Shown here in pieces: positions 1 through 9,135 of a DNA stretch of 46,685 nt. The first letter of the stretch is position 1. Each line of letters starts with the position of its first letter. This stretch comes from Glaesserella sp. Its GTDB lineage: Bacteria > Pseudomonadota > Gammaproteobacteria > Enterobacterales > Pasteurellaceae. Under the pieces are notes generated by a model that was not told where the DNA came from, did not search any database, and saw nothing but the letters and a program-made list of their open reading frames with translations. The position numbers were made by a program, and so were the translations under genes. Location of the stretch: the NCBI GenBank assembly GCA_041809245.1, contig JBGXMX010000194.1, positions 1-46,685 on the forward strand. Reading direction: 5' to 3'.

Positions 1-127
1 CCCTTTGAAAAAGGGGGATGAGGGGGATTTAGAGAGGGATCAAGCGGTCTGTTTTTCCCTAAATTTTACGCTTACACCCTCTCAATTCGGGTGTAATTTT
101 ATTTGTAATATTTAAGAGGAAAACATT

Positions 128-1279
128 ATGGCAAATCGTCTTATCCTTAACGAAACCAGCTATCACGGCAAAGGTGCAATTCAAAATATTGTTCACGAAG
201 TCAAAAGCCGTAGCTTTACCAAAGCTTTAATCGTCACCGACAAAGATCTTGTGCGTTATCAAGTCGTGGCAAAAGTGACTAACTTACTTGACGAAGCAGG
301 CTTACCTTATGAAATTTTTGATGAAGTTAAAGCAAACCCTGCTGTTTGTGTCATCAAAAAAGGGGTGGAAAAATTCAAAGCCTCCGGTGCCGACTATATG
401 ATTGCAATCGGTGGCGGCTCACCTATAGACAGTGCAAAAGGTATCGGTATCATCATCAATAATCCTGAATTTGGTGATGTACTTTCCCTTGAGGGTGTTG
501 CGCCAACCCACCAAAAATGTGTACCTATCATTGCCGTGCCAACCACCGCAGGTACTGCGGCAGAAGTCACGATCAACTATGTGATTACCGACGAAGAGAA
601 AAAACGTAAATTCGTCTGCGTTGATGTTCACGATGTGCCGGCTGTTGCCGTTGTAGATCCGGATATGATGTCCTCCATGCCAAAAGGCTTAACCGCCGCA
701 ACAGGTATGGACGCATTAACTCACGCTATCGAAGGTTATATCACTAAAGCTGCTTGGGAATTAACCGATGCACTTCACTTAAAAGCGATTGAAATTATCT
801 CTCGTTCATTACGCGGAGCGGTAGAAAACGATCCTGCAGGTCGTGAAGGAATGGCATTAGGTCAATACATTGCTGGTATGGGCTTCTCTAATGTCGGCTT
901 AGGTGTTGTTCACAGTATGGCTCACCCACTTTCAGCCTACTACGACACACCACACGGTATCGCCAACGCCGTATTACTTCCTTATGTCATGGAGTTTAAC
1001 AAAGAGTATACAGGCGAAAAATACCGTGAAATCGCACGAGCCATGGGTGTGAAAGGCGTTGATAACATGACCCAAGAAGAGTATCGCAACGCTGCAATCC
1101 AAGCGGTACAACAACTTTCTACCGATGTTGGCATTCCACCAAAACTCTCCCAAATCGGTGTGAAAGAAGAAGATTTACCGGCACTCTCAATTGACGCACT
1201 CAATGACGTTTGTACCGGCGGTAATCCTCGTGATTGTACCGCAGAAGAAATTTTAGAAGTGTATAAAATTGCATTTTAA
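128..1279 (+). CDS. fucO: Lactaldehyde reductase (L-1,2-propanediol oxidoreductase), iron-containing alcohol dehydrogenase
   Basis: 383 aa; MANRLILNETSYHGKGA start, GGGSPID, PTTAGT, TGMDALTHAIEGY and HGIANA motifs as in FucO; AAGAGGA RBS. Confidence 0.93.
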   Translation: MANRLILNETSYHGKGAIQNIVHEVKSRSFTKALIVTDKDLVRYQVVAKVTNLLDEAGLPYEIFDEVKANPAVCVIKKGVEKFKASGADYMIAIGGGSPIDSAKGIGIIINNPEFGDVLSLEGVAPTHQKCVPIIAVPTTAGTAAEVTINYVITDEEKKRKFVCVDVHDVPAVAVVDPDMMSSMPKGLTAATGMDALTHAIEGYITKAAWELTDALHLKAIEIISRSLRGAVENDPAGREGMALGQYIAGMGFSNVGLGVVHSMAHPLSAYYDTPHGIANAVLLPYVMEFNKEYTGEKYREIARAMGVKGVDNMTQEEYRNAAIQAVQQLSTDVGIPPKLSQIGVKEEDLPALSIDALNDVCTGGNPRDCTAEEILEVYKIAF

Positions 1280-1297
1280 ATTTGCAAAAAATTGCTA

Positions 1298-1337
1298 GAA
1301 ACAGACCGCTTGTTGAGAGACAAGCGGTCTGTTTTTT
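1298..1337 (+). terminator. Paired-USS hairpin terminator after fucO
   Basis: ACCGCTTGT (1305-1313) and ACAAGCGGT (1320-1328) inverted, stem AAACAGACCGCTTGT/ACAAGCGGTCTGTTT, followed by a T run. Confidence 0.85.
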
Positions 1338-1400
1338 AGAAAAATTTACAGAATTTGATTGCCGTACGATTTAATTAAAAATATAAAAATTTTTATTTTT

Positions 1401-1431
1401 CCCCTTGAAGAGTGAAATTTCATCCCTATCT
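1401..1431 (+). promoter_or_regulatory. Sigma32 heat-shock promoter P1 of dnaK
   Basis: CCCCTTGAA (1401-1409), 14 nt spacer, CCCTATCT (1424-1431); fits CTTGAA-N13-17-CCCCATNT. Confidence 0.75.
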
Positions 1432-1496
1432 ATTGTCCCGTCTGAGCGGGAACGTCAAACAACTTCCCGTTTCTTTTTTGAAAAATGTTTGAATTG

Positions 1497-1526
1497 CTCT
1501 TGAAATGTAGCGAAAAAGCACAATCT
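1497..1526 (+). promoter_or_regulatory. Possible second sigma32 promoter P2 of dnaK
   Basis: CTCTTGAAA (1497-1505); CTTGAA is followed after 14 nt by CACAATCT (1519-1526), a weaker -10. Confidence 0.5.
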
Positions 1527-1575
1527 TGTAGCTAACTTAAACAAACAACCAAATTTATATTAGAGGAATCAAATT

Positions 1576-3477
1576 ATGGGAAAAATTATCGGTATTGACT
1601 TAGGTACAACCAACTCTTGTGTTGCGGTAATGGACGGTGACAAACCGCGTGTAATTGAGAATGCAGAAGGTGCGCGTACCACTCCGTCAATCATTGCTTA
1701 TACAGACAAAGAAATTTTAGTGGGTCAGCCGGCAAAACGCCAAGCGATCACTAACCCGAAAAATACTTTATTTGCTATTAAACGTTTAATCGGTCGTCGT
1801 TTCGAAGATAAAGAAGTTCAACGTGATATTGAAATTATGCCGTTTGAGATTATCAAAGCAGACAATGGCGATGCGTGGGTATCTGTAAAAGGTGAAAAAA
1901 TGGCTCCGCCACAAATCTCTGCAGAAGTCTTGAAAAAAATGAAGAAAACTGCAGAAGATTTCTTAGGTGAGCCGGTGACTGAAGCGGTTATTACTGTGCC
2001 TGCTTACTTTAACGATGCTCAACGTCAAGCAACCAAAGATGCAGGTCGTATCGCTGGTTTAGAAGTAAAACGTATCATCAACGAACCAACAGCGGCGGCA
2101 TTAGCTTACGGCTTAGACTCGAAAAAAGAGAACCAAATTGTTGCAGTGTATGACTTAGGGGGCGGTACATTCGACTTATCTATCATCGAAATTGATAACT
2201 TAGACGGCGAACAAACCTTTGAAGTGCGTGCAACCAACGGTGATACTCACTTAGGTGGTGAAGACTTTGACAACCGCTTAATCAACTACCTTGTTGAAGA
2301 ATTCCAAAAAGAGCAAGGCGTAGATTTACGCAATGACTCAATGGCAATGCAACGTGTGAAAGAAGCTGCGGAAAAAGCCAAAATTGAGCTTTCATCAGCA
2401 CAATCAACCGAAGTAAATCTTCCGTATATCACTGCAGATGCAACAGGTCCAAAACACTTGGTTTTAACTGTGACCCGTGCGAAATTAGAAGCGTTAGTAG
2501 AAGATTTAGTAAACCGTTCATTAGAGCCGGTAAAAGTGGCATTAGCAGACGCAGGTTTAAGCGTGTCTGAGATCAACGATGTGATCTTAGTTGGCGGTCA
2601 AACCCGTATGCCATTAGTACAGAAAAAAGTGGCAGATTTCTTCGGCAAAGAACCACGCAAAGACGTAAACCCAGATGAAGCGGTGGCTATCGGTGCAGCG
2701 GTACAAGGTGGCGTATTAGCGGGTGATGTAACAGATGTATTATTGTTAGACGTAACCCCGTTATCATTAGGTATCGAAACAATGGGTGGCGTGATGACAA
2801 CCTTAATTGAGAAAAACACCACGATCCCAACGAAAAAATCGCAAGTGTTCTCAACGGCGGAAGATAACCAAAGTGCGGTAACTATTCACGTGTTACAAGG
2901 TGAACGTAAACGTGCGTCGGATAACAAATCATTAGGTCAGTTCAACCTTGAAGGCATTAACCCGGCACCACGTGGTATGCCACAAATCGAAGTGACTTTC
3001 GATATTGACGCAAACGGTATTATCCACGTTTCGGCGAAAGATAAAAACACAGGTAAAGAGCAACAAATTAAGATCCAAGCGTCTTCAGGCTTAAGCGATG
3101 CGGAAATCGAACAAATGGTGCGTGATGCGGAAGCGAACGCAGAAGCAGACCGTAAATTTGAAGAGTTAGTGCAAACTCGCAACCAAGCGGACGCAATTGC
3201 TCACTCAACCCGTAAACAGATCGCTGAAGCAGGTAGCAACCTTGCTGATGCAGATAAAGCGAAGATTGAAGAAGCGGTATCGGCATTGGAAAAAGCAGCA
3301 AAAGGCGAAGATAAAGCGGATATCGAAGCGAAAATCGAAGCTCTCGTAAAAGCGTCTGAGCCGTTAATCCAAGCAGGTCAAGCTCAGGCTCAACAAGGTC
3401 AGCAACAAGCCCAACAAAGTCAAAAAGATGACGGTGTGGTAGATGCTGAGTTTGAAGAAGTGAAGGACAATAAATAA
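1576..3477 (+). CDS. dnaK: Chaperone DnaK (Hsp70)
   Basis: [32 protein letters not shown]-terminal DAEFEEV. Confidence 0.99.
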   Translation: MGKIIGIDLGTTNSCVAVMDGDKPRVIENAEGARTTPSIIAYTDKEILVGQPAKRQAITNPKNTLFAIKRLIGRRFEDKEVQRDIEIMPFEIIKADNGDAWVSVKGEKMAPPQISAEVLKKMKKTAEDFLGEPVTEAVITVPAYFNDAQRQATKDAGRIAGLEVKRIINEPTAAALAYGLDSKKENQIVAVYDLGGGTFDLSIIEIDNLDGEQTFEVRATNGDTHLGGEDFDNRLINYLVEEFQKEQGVDLRNDSMAMQRVKEAAEKAKIELSSAQSTEVNLPYITADATGPKHLVLTVTRAKLEALVEDLVNRSLEPVKVALADAGLSVSEINDVILVGGQTRMPLVQKKVADFFGKEPRKDVNPDEAVAIGAAVQGGVLAGDVTDVLLLDVTPLSLGIETMGGVMTTLIEKNTTIPTKKSQVFSTAEDNQSAVTIHVLQGERKRASDNKSLGQFNLEGINPAPRGMPQIEVTFDIDANGIIHVSAKDKNTGKEQQIKIQASSGLSDAEIEQMVRDAEANAEADRKFEELVQTRNQADAIAHSTRKQIAEAGSNLADADKAKIEEAVSALEKAAKGEDKADIEAKIEALVKASEPLIQAGQAQAQQGQQQAQQSQKDDGVVDAEFEEVKDNK

Positions 3478-3496
3478 TCTTTCTAAATCTTAACCT

Positions 3497-3550
3497 TAGG
3501 GGCGAAATATCTTTCGCCCTTTTGTATAGGGTTCGTTTACTAATGCGCCA
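3497..3550 (+). repeat. REP/IDS-like palindromes after dnaK; the first may act as terminator
   Basis: TAGGGGCGAAATATCTTTCGCCC plus TTTT; 22/23 identical to 20464-20486; a degenerate second unit TAGGGTTCGTTTACTAATGCGCCA follows. Confidence 0.7.
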
Positions 3551-3640
3551 TACACCTAGTACAGGCCTGTTAGATTACGCATAGAACGATATCGATGGAA
3601 ACTGTAAAAGCGGTCAAAATAGTTTTATAAATGGGGGCAA

Positions 3641-4117
3641 ATGGCAATTTTAATTCATACTCCACTTTGGGTTTGGGGGATTTTGTTATTTCTTTTGTAT
3701 AAAGGAACTCAACAAACCCGCACAAGTGCAATAAAATTATGGCAATTATTTATTTTCCCTGCTGTATTTTTGCCCCTTATTATCATCTCCGCAATCAATG
3801 CACTACAGCCGTTACTAGCAATGATTGGTTTGATTGTTGGTTTTATAGTCGGTATATTTCTCGGTTACTTACTCTGGAAAGATAATCCGCTTATTAGCCA
3901 ACAAAATGGTCAATGGCAACAACGTGGAAGTTATATTCCGCTATTGCTCTACCTTTTTATTTTTATATTTCGTTATGCTATAAGCGTAATACAACATTTG
4001 CAGGTAAGTATTATTCAAACCGATTTATTTAACCTTCTGATTGGCTTGCCAACAGGACTTGGTTTAGGCTTACTAATAACAATACCGCTTTTAGCAAGAG
4101 GTAGTATCTCCCACTAG
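3641..4117 (+). CDS. Uncharacterised multi-pass membrane protein (DUF6622/DUF1453-like)
   Basis: 158 aa with about five hydrophobic segments; HTPLWVW start and RGSYIPL motif; family recalled, not searched. Confidence 0.7.
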   Translation: MAILIHTPLWVWGILLFLLYKGTQQTRTSAIKLWQLFIFPAVFLPLIIISAINALQPLLAMIGLIVGFIVGIFLGYLLWKDNPLISQQNGQWQQRGSYIPLLLYLFIFIFRYAISVIQHLQVSIIQTDLFNLLIGLPTGLGLGLLITIPLLARGSISH

Positions 4118-4282
4118 TATGTAGTGGTGAATTTTAATCTGCCATTTAATCCTTCTAATAGCACAAATATCCATGCTTGTGCTAGAAAGAAAACTTGGCA
4201 ATAGTGGGTACTTTCACCATTGTAATTTAGAAACAAGCGGTCAGATTCATAAATAATTTTACAAATTTTAAATGGAAAACTT

Positions 4283-5419
4283 ATGTCAAAGCGTGATTAT
4301 TATGAAGTCCTTGGCTTACAAAAAGGGGCGAGTGAACAAGAGATTAAACGTGCTTATAAACGTTTAGCGGCAAAACATCACCCCGATAAAAACCAAGGCA
4401 GCAAAGAAGCTGAAGAAAAATTTAAAGAGATCAAAGAAGCCTATGAAGTGTTAGGCGACAACGAAAAACGTGCGATGTACGATCAGTACGGTCACCAAGC
4501 CTTTGAACAAGGTGGCGGAACGGGCGGTTTCGGCGGATTTGGCGGTGGCGGTTTCGGTGGCTTTGAAGATATTTTCAGCGAAATGTTTGGCGGTGGTTTC
4601 GGTAGTGGCGGTCGTCGCCAACGTGTCGTGCGTGGCGATGATTTACGTTACGACATAGAAATCACCCTTGAAGAAGCCGTGCGCGGCGTGAAAAAAGATA
4701 TTCGTATTAGAACTCTTGTTCAATGTGACACTTGCCACGGTTCTGGTGCTGAAGCTGGAAGCAAAGTCGAAACCTGTCCGCACTGCCACGGCTCAGGACG
4801 AGTTCGCCGCCAACAAGGTTTCTTTATGACAGAAACCGTCTGCCCAAGTTGTCACGGCACTGGTAAGAAAATTGAGAAACCGTGTAAACATTGCCACGGC
4901 GACGGTCGGGTTCATAAAACTAAAAATCTTTCCGTGACCATTCCGCCCGGTGTGGATACCGGCAATCAGTTACGCTTGGCAGGCGAAGGTGCCGCAGGGG
5001 AAAACGGTGCGCCGGCAGGGGATTTATATGTCGTCATTCACGTGAAAGACCACGATATTTTCGTGCGGGACGGTTCTAATCTCTATTGCGAGGTGCCGAT
5101 CAGCTTCACCATGGCGGCATTAGGCGGAGAAATCGAAGTGCCGACCTTAGACGGTCGTGTGAAGCTCAAAATCCCGGCGGAAACCCAAACCGGTAAATTA
5201 TTCCGTGTGCGCGGTAAAGGGGTCACCAGCGCCAGAGGCGGTTATGCAGGGGATTTAATCTGTAAAGCCATTATTGAAACGCCGGTTTCATTGAACGAAG
5301 AGCAGAAAGAACTCTTGCGTAAACTGGAAGAAAGTTTGGAAGGCAAAGGACAACACCGCCCGAAACACGAAGGTTTCTTCGACGGTGTGAAAAAATTCTT
5401 TGATAATTTAGGAAAATAG
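4283..5419 (+). CDS. dnaJ: Chaperone DnaJ
   Basis: J domain with HPD, G/F-rich region, four CxxCxGxG repeats. Confidence 0.99.
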   Translation: MSKRDYYEVLGLQKGASEQEIKRAYKRLAAKHHPDKNQGSKEAEEKFKEIKEAYEVLGDNEKRAMYDQYGHQAFEQGGGTGGFGGFGGGGFGGFEDIFSEMFGGGFGSGGRRQRVVRGDDLRYDIEITLEEAVRGVKKDIRIRTLVQCDTCHGSGAEAGSKVETCPHCHGSGRVRRQQGFFMTETVCPSCHGTGKKIEKPCKHCHGDGRVHKTKNLSVTIPPGVDTGNQLRLAGEGAAGENGAPAGDLYVVIHVKDHDIFVRDGSNLYCEVPISFTMAALGGEIEVPTLDGRVKLKIPAETQTGKLFRVRGKGVTSARGGYAGDLICKAIIETPVSLNEEQKELLRKLEESLEGKGQHRPKHEGFFDGVKKFFDNLGK

Positions 5420-5423
5420 ATGC

Positions 5424-5459
5424 AAAAATGGCTTAATCCTGAGTGATTAAGCCATTTTT
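5424..5459. terminator. Bidirectional terminator between convergent dnaJ and hpaC
   Basis: AAAAATGGCTTAATC-ctgagt-GATTAAGCCATTTTT perfect 15 bp inverted repeat. Confidence 0.9.
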
Positions 5460-5461
5460 AT

Positions 5462-5950
5462 TTAAAGCCGATGAAAAGCCCGATTAAAATAGACCAATCC
5501 CGCCCCTTCTTGAACATGGATATGATCCAGCTCTACCAAAAATAATGAATGCGTACCGACATTTCGGATATCGACGATATTGCCTTTCAAATTGGCAATG
5601 GCTTCTTTTAACATCGGCGGATCATAAGAGCCTTGTGCCGCATGCCAAATATCCCACTCAAAACGTTCCTCCATACTGCTTCCCATAAAGCCGGCGAAGT
5701 GTTTGGCCAGTTCTTCTTGTTCTGCCGTGAGAATATTTACGCAGAGTTGTTTATTTTGTTGAAATACGGCATTCATTTCGCTGTTTTGATTAATACATAC
5801 CATCAAGGTAGGCGGTGAATCCGTAATCGAACAAACTGCGGTAGCGGTAATGCCGCACTTTCCCGCTTCTCCGTTAGTAGTAATAATATTGACTGCAGCG
5901 GCAAGTTTTGCCATTGCATTGCGGAATTCTTGTTGTACGGGGCTGAGCAT
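5462..5950 (-). CDS. hpaC: 4-hydroxyphenylacetate 3-monooxygenase, flavin reductase component
   Basis: FRNAMAKLAAAVNIITT, GITATAVCSITDSPPT, VGTH, LVYFNR; adjacent to hpaB. Confidence 0.95.
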   Translation of the reverse strand: MLSPVQQEFRNAMAKLAAAVNIITTNGEAGKCGITATAVCSITDSPPTLMVCINQNSEMNAVFQQNKQLCVNILTAEQEELAKHFAGFMGSSMEERFEWDIWHAAQGSYDPPMLKEAIANLKGNIVDIRNVGTHSLFLVELDHIHVQEGAGLVYFNRAFHRL

Positions 5951-5987
5951 GACTGTCTCCTTAACAAAAATAGTGTTGCGTCGATTT

Positions 5988-6045
5988 ACAAGCGGTCACT
6001 TTTCTCAAATTTTTTGCAAAATTTTCTGAAAAACAGACCGCTTGC
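5988..6045. repeat. Inverted pair of Apl-type uptake signal sequences
   Basis: ACAAGCGGT (5988-5996) and ACCGCTTGC (6037-6045) sharing a central TTTGCAAA. Confidence 0.85.
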
Positions 6046-6056
6046 TATCCGTCAGG

Positions 6057-7652
6057 TTATTTACCAAATCGGTTTAAATTGCCTAAGATATTGATATCGT
6101 TAGAATCCGTGAGATGCGGTACTTTCCAGCCCTGTTCATCATAGTCCGCTAAACATTTATCGACCAAGTCGAAACATTTTTGTAGCGTACCGTTGGCGGT
6201 AGATTGTCCTAACACCTGTAAACGTACTTCTTCTTGGCTGCCGGCATAGTTGATTTCATACAGCTCGTGGCGACCGCCAAATTCCGTGCCGATTGCATCC
6301 CATAAAAGTTTTAAGATTTTAATCCGCTCACGGTATTCGATGTTGTTTGAACCGCGTACGTATTTTTGTAGGTATTGGTCAATCTCCGGATTATCAAAGT
6401 CACGAATATGTGAAGGCAGATAAATAAGTCCGCTGGTGACGGTCTGTTCTACAATTTTCTTGATGGTATGGTATGCCATCGGCGCCATCACACGATAGGT
6501 TTGGATAGCTTGAGGGCTTGGCATTTGACAACCGTTTTTCCACTCAAAAGAAGAGCCGTACATCGCATCGGTTAATGTCCAAAACAGATTGCGATACGCC
6601 ATGACTTCGCCCATTTGCGCCGCAACACCACGGAACTCAATCACTCCCGTGCATTGCAACGCTTTATGTAATAAGCCGGTTAAGAAATCCAATTTAACCG
6701 CTAAACGGGTACAGGCTTGCATTGGGAACAGGCTTGCAAAACCGGCATATTGAGCCCAAGTGCGACATCTGTCTAAATCTTTGTAAATTAGGATGTTTTC
6801 CCAAGGAATAAAGACTTTATCCAGTACTAAAATGGCATCGTTTTCATCAAAGCGGGTGGAAAGCGGGAAGTCAAACGGTGAGCCTGTTGCCCCTGCGGCT
6901 AATTCATAAGAGTGACGGCAGATAAGCTTGACCCCTTCGGCATCCATTGGGGCGATAAACATTAACGCAAAGTTCTCATCATTACCGATAATTTGTGCGG
7001 AACCAAAGCCAATAAAGTTGTAGTGTGTCAGTGCAGAGTTGGTCGCCACTACTTTGGCTCCGCTGACGATAATGCCGTCTTCCAGCTCTTGTTCGATTTT
7101 GACATAGATATCTTTTACTTGGTCGATCGGTTTATTACGATCAATCGGTGGATTAACAATCGCATGGTTAAAATACAAGCAAGATTCTTGAATACGTTTA
7201 TACCAGTGACGGGCATTTTCGGCATAAGGACCATAGAATTCGCTGTTAGCGCCTAAAGAAGAACCGAAAGCCGCTTTATAGTCCGGCGTTCTCCCCATCC
7301 AGCCATAGCTGAATCTTGACCAGTCTGCGATAGCATCACGTTGCGCTTTGAGCTCTTCCGCAGTGCGTGCATAGCGGAAAAATTTATGGGTATAACCGCC
7401 ATTACCGGTATCGGTTTCCCAGCAGAGTTGATCTTTGGTTGCCGGGTCGTGTAATGCATCATAAAGTTTCGCAACCGAAGCAGCTGCATTACGGAAAGCG
7501 GGGTGGGTAGTCACATCTTCAACCAATTCACCGTAAATATAGACTTTACGTCCGTCTCTTAAGCTCGCTAAATATTCTTCCCCGGTAAACGGGCGGTTTT
7601 TTTCTTTTCTTAAATCATCCGGACGTTGATGAGATTTGCGAGTAGTTTGCAT
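6057..7652 (-). CDS. hpaB: 4-hydroxyphenylacetate 3-monooxygenase, oxygenase component
   Basis: RPFTGEEYLASLRDGR, GWMGRTPDYKA, RFDENDA, EFGGRHELYEINY; AAGGAG RBS. Confidence 0.97.
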   Translation of the reverse strand: MQTTRKSHQRPDDLRKEKNRPFTGEEYLASLRDGRKVYIYGELVEDVTTHPAFRNAAASVAKLYDALHDPATKDQLCWETDTGNGGYTHKFFRYARTAEELKAQRDAIADWSRFSYGWMGRTPDYKAAFGSSLGANSEFYGPYAENARHWYKRIQESCLYFNHAIVNPPIDRNKPIDQVKDIYVKIEQELEDGIIVSGAKVVATNSALTHYNFIGFGSAQIIGNDENFALMFIAPMDAEGVKLICRHSYELAAGATGSPFDFPLSTRFDENDAILVLDKVFIPWENILIYKDLDRCRTWAQYAGFASLFPMQACTRLAVKLDFLTGLLHKALQCTGVIEFRGVAAQMGEVMAYRNLFWTLTDAMYGSSFEWKNGCQMPSPQAIQTYRVMAPMAYHTIKKIVEQTVTSGLIYLPSHIRDFDNPEIDQYLQKYVRGSNNIEYRERIKILKLLWDAIGTEFGGRHELYEINYAGSQEEVRLQVLGQSTANGTLQKCFDLVDKCLADYDEQGWKVPHLTDSNDINILGNLNRFGK

Positions 7653-7873
7653 AGGTTGCTCCTTTTAATGTGATTTAGAGAATAACAACTGAAAACAGTG
7701 ATGGACAGACAGAGAACAGTGCGTCCCAAAACCGTCGGATACGGTCATACAAGCGGTCGGTTTTATAAAAAAATTTGCAAATTTTTATCGCAATCCGAGC
7801 GCTTGTTTGTTGCTCGCTTTACTCCGCAAAATATCGGTTTTTGGAATTTTCGCCGTCTGCCTCAACGGTATTT

Positions 7874-7936
7874 AATTTATAAAGCAGTTTTTTTGCTGAC
7901 AAAATGCAATTTTCTACCGAAAAATTGTACTTTTCC
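7874..7936 (-). promoter_or_regulatory. hpaBC promoter with tandem AraC-type (putative HpaA) sites
   Basis: Minus strand GGAAAAGTACAATTTTTCGGTAGAAAATTGCATTTT (21 bp period), 17 nt, then TTTATAAATT; same layout as 8971-9033. Confidence 0.75.
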
Positions 7937-7963
7937 CTTTAAGGAAGCATTTTGTTAAATTTT

Positions 7964-7979
7964 TGTGATCAAGATCTCT
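7964..7979 (+). promoter_or_regulatory. CRP-like site upstream of hpaA
   Basis: TGTGA-tcaaga-TCTCT versus consensus TGTGA-N6-TCACA. Confidence 0.5.
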
Positions 7980-8054
7980 GTTTTTAGATTTCCGCATATA
8001 CAGCACAAAAATCTTATTTTAGGATTCGGTTGATTCACTCAAAGGAGATTGGCT

Positions 8055-8948
8055 ATGAATTATACTGCGACACAGATGAGCAATATTAATATCGAAAAAA
8101 CCTATGGCCCTGCGGATAAAGACTCCGTTGTTCATTATGAGACCTTTGATAATTTATCGCTTTTTTACGGACGTAAGTCGGCGGTTCATTTTCACGATCG
8201 CTTTTTTCAGATCCATTACTTAACGGAAGGAGAAATCTTTTTGTTGTTAGACGGGCAGGAGTACCATTTAAAAGCGCCCTGCTTTTTTCTGACACCGCCT
8301 TCTATCCCGCACGGATTTTATACGGATAACTCAACCCACGGACACGTGCTGACCATTCCGCAAGAGTTTATTTGGCAGCTATTGACCTCTTTACAGCGAG
8401 ATATCAACTACTTTTATCCGTTTTGTGTGGAATTATCCGCAGAGAAGGCGGATAGCGCTCAAAGTATTGCTCACTTTGAAAACTTTTTTACCATTTTGGC
8501 ACAAGAATATGCCAAAAGCAGTGAAGAGAAACCCAGCGCATTACGACTGTATGCCAAAATTATTCTATTGGAGATTTACCGTCTGTCTAAAACCCACCAT
8601 TCACCCTATGTGCCAAGCAGCAGTGAGTTGAAGCTATTTAATCAGTTTAATTTGCTAGTAGAAGAGAATTATAAGAATAATTGGCGGATCAGCGATTATT
8701 TAGACAAATTGTGTATCAGCGAAAGTCGTTTAAATACGCTGTGTCAACGCTTCTCTTCGGCTTCTCCCAAGCGGTTAATTTTGGAAAGATTATTGCAAGA
8801 AGCGAAAAGAAAACTACGTTTTACCCAAGATTCCGTGTTTGAAATCGCCTACCAACTCGGCTTTAAAGACCCTGCTTATTTTTCACGATTTTTTCATAAA
8901 GAGACGTCGTTATCGCCGAAACAATTTCGCGATCAAGATCACATATAG
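8055..8948 (+). CDS. hpaA: AraC-family activator of 4-HPA catabolism
   Basis: N-terminal VHFHDRFFQIHYL cupin, C-terminal IAYQLGFKDPAYFSRFF; ATG at 8055 chosen from AAAGGAG spacing. Confidence 0.93.
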   Translation: MNYTATQMSNINIEKTYGPADKDSVVHYETFDNLSLFYGRKSAVHFHDRFFQIHYLTEGEIFLLLDGQEYHLKAPCFFLTPPSIPHGFYTDNSTHGHVLTIPQEFIWQLLTSLQRDINYFYPFCVELSAEKADSAQSIAHFENFFTILAQEYAKSSEEKPSALRLYAKIILLEIYRLSKTHHSPYVPSSSELKLFNQFNLLVEENYKNNWRISDYLDKLCISESRLNTLCQRFSSASPKRLILERLLQEAKRKLRFTQDSVFEIAYQLGFKDPAYFSRFFHKETSLSPKQFRDQDHI

Positions 8949-8970
8949 CAAAAAATCCTGCCGTTTCAAC

Positions 8971-9033
8971 GGAAAAGTGCATTTTTTCACAAGAAAAATG
9001 CATTTTCATCGTTTTACATATCCTTTATAAATT
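8971..9033 (+). promoter_or_regulatory. Promoter of TRAP/meta-cleavage operon with tandem AraC-type sites
   Basis: GGAAAAGTGCATTTTTTCACAAGAAAAATGCATTTT, 17 nt, TTTATAAATT; 30/36 identical to the hpaB copy. Confidence 0.75.
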
Positions 9034-9135
9034 TAACAACTCTATAACATCTGTATTCGTAGTTTTGTTGTTTGTCGTAGAACTCGCCATACAAAAACCT
9101 CAAAGCATTTTGCTTTTCAACGAAGGAGATTGATT

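Noticed and set aside
7698-7958. 86 aa ORF between hpaB and hpaA
   Set aside because: Runs through USS and promoter elements, no RBS, no recognisable motif.
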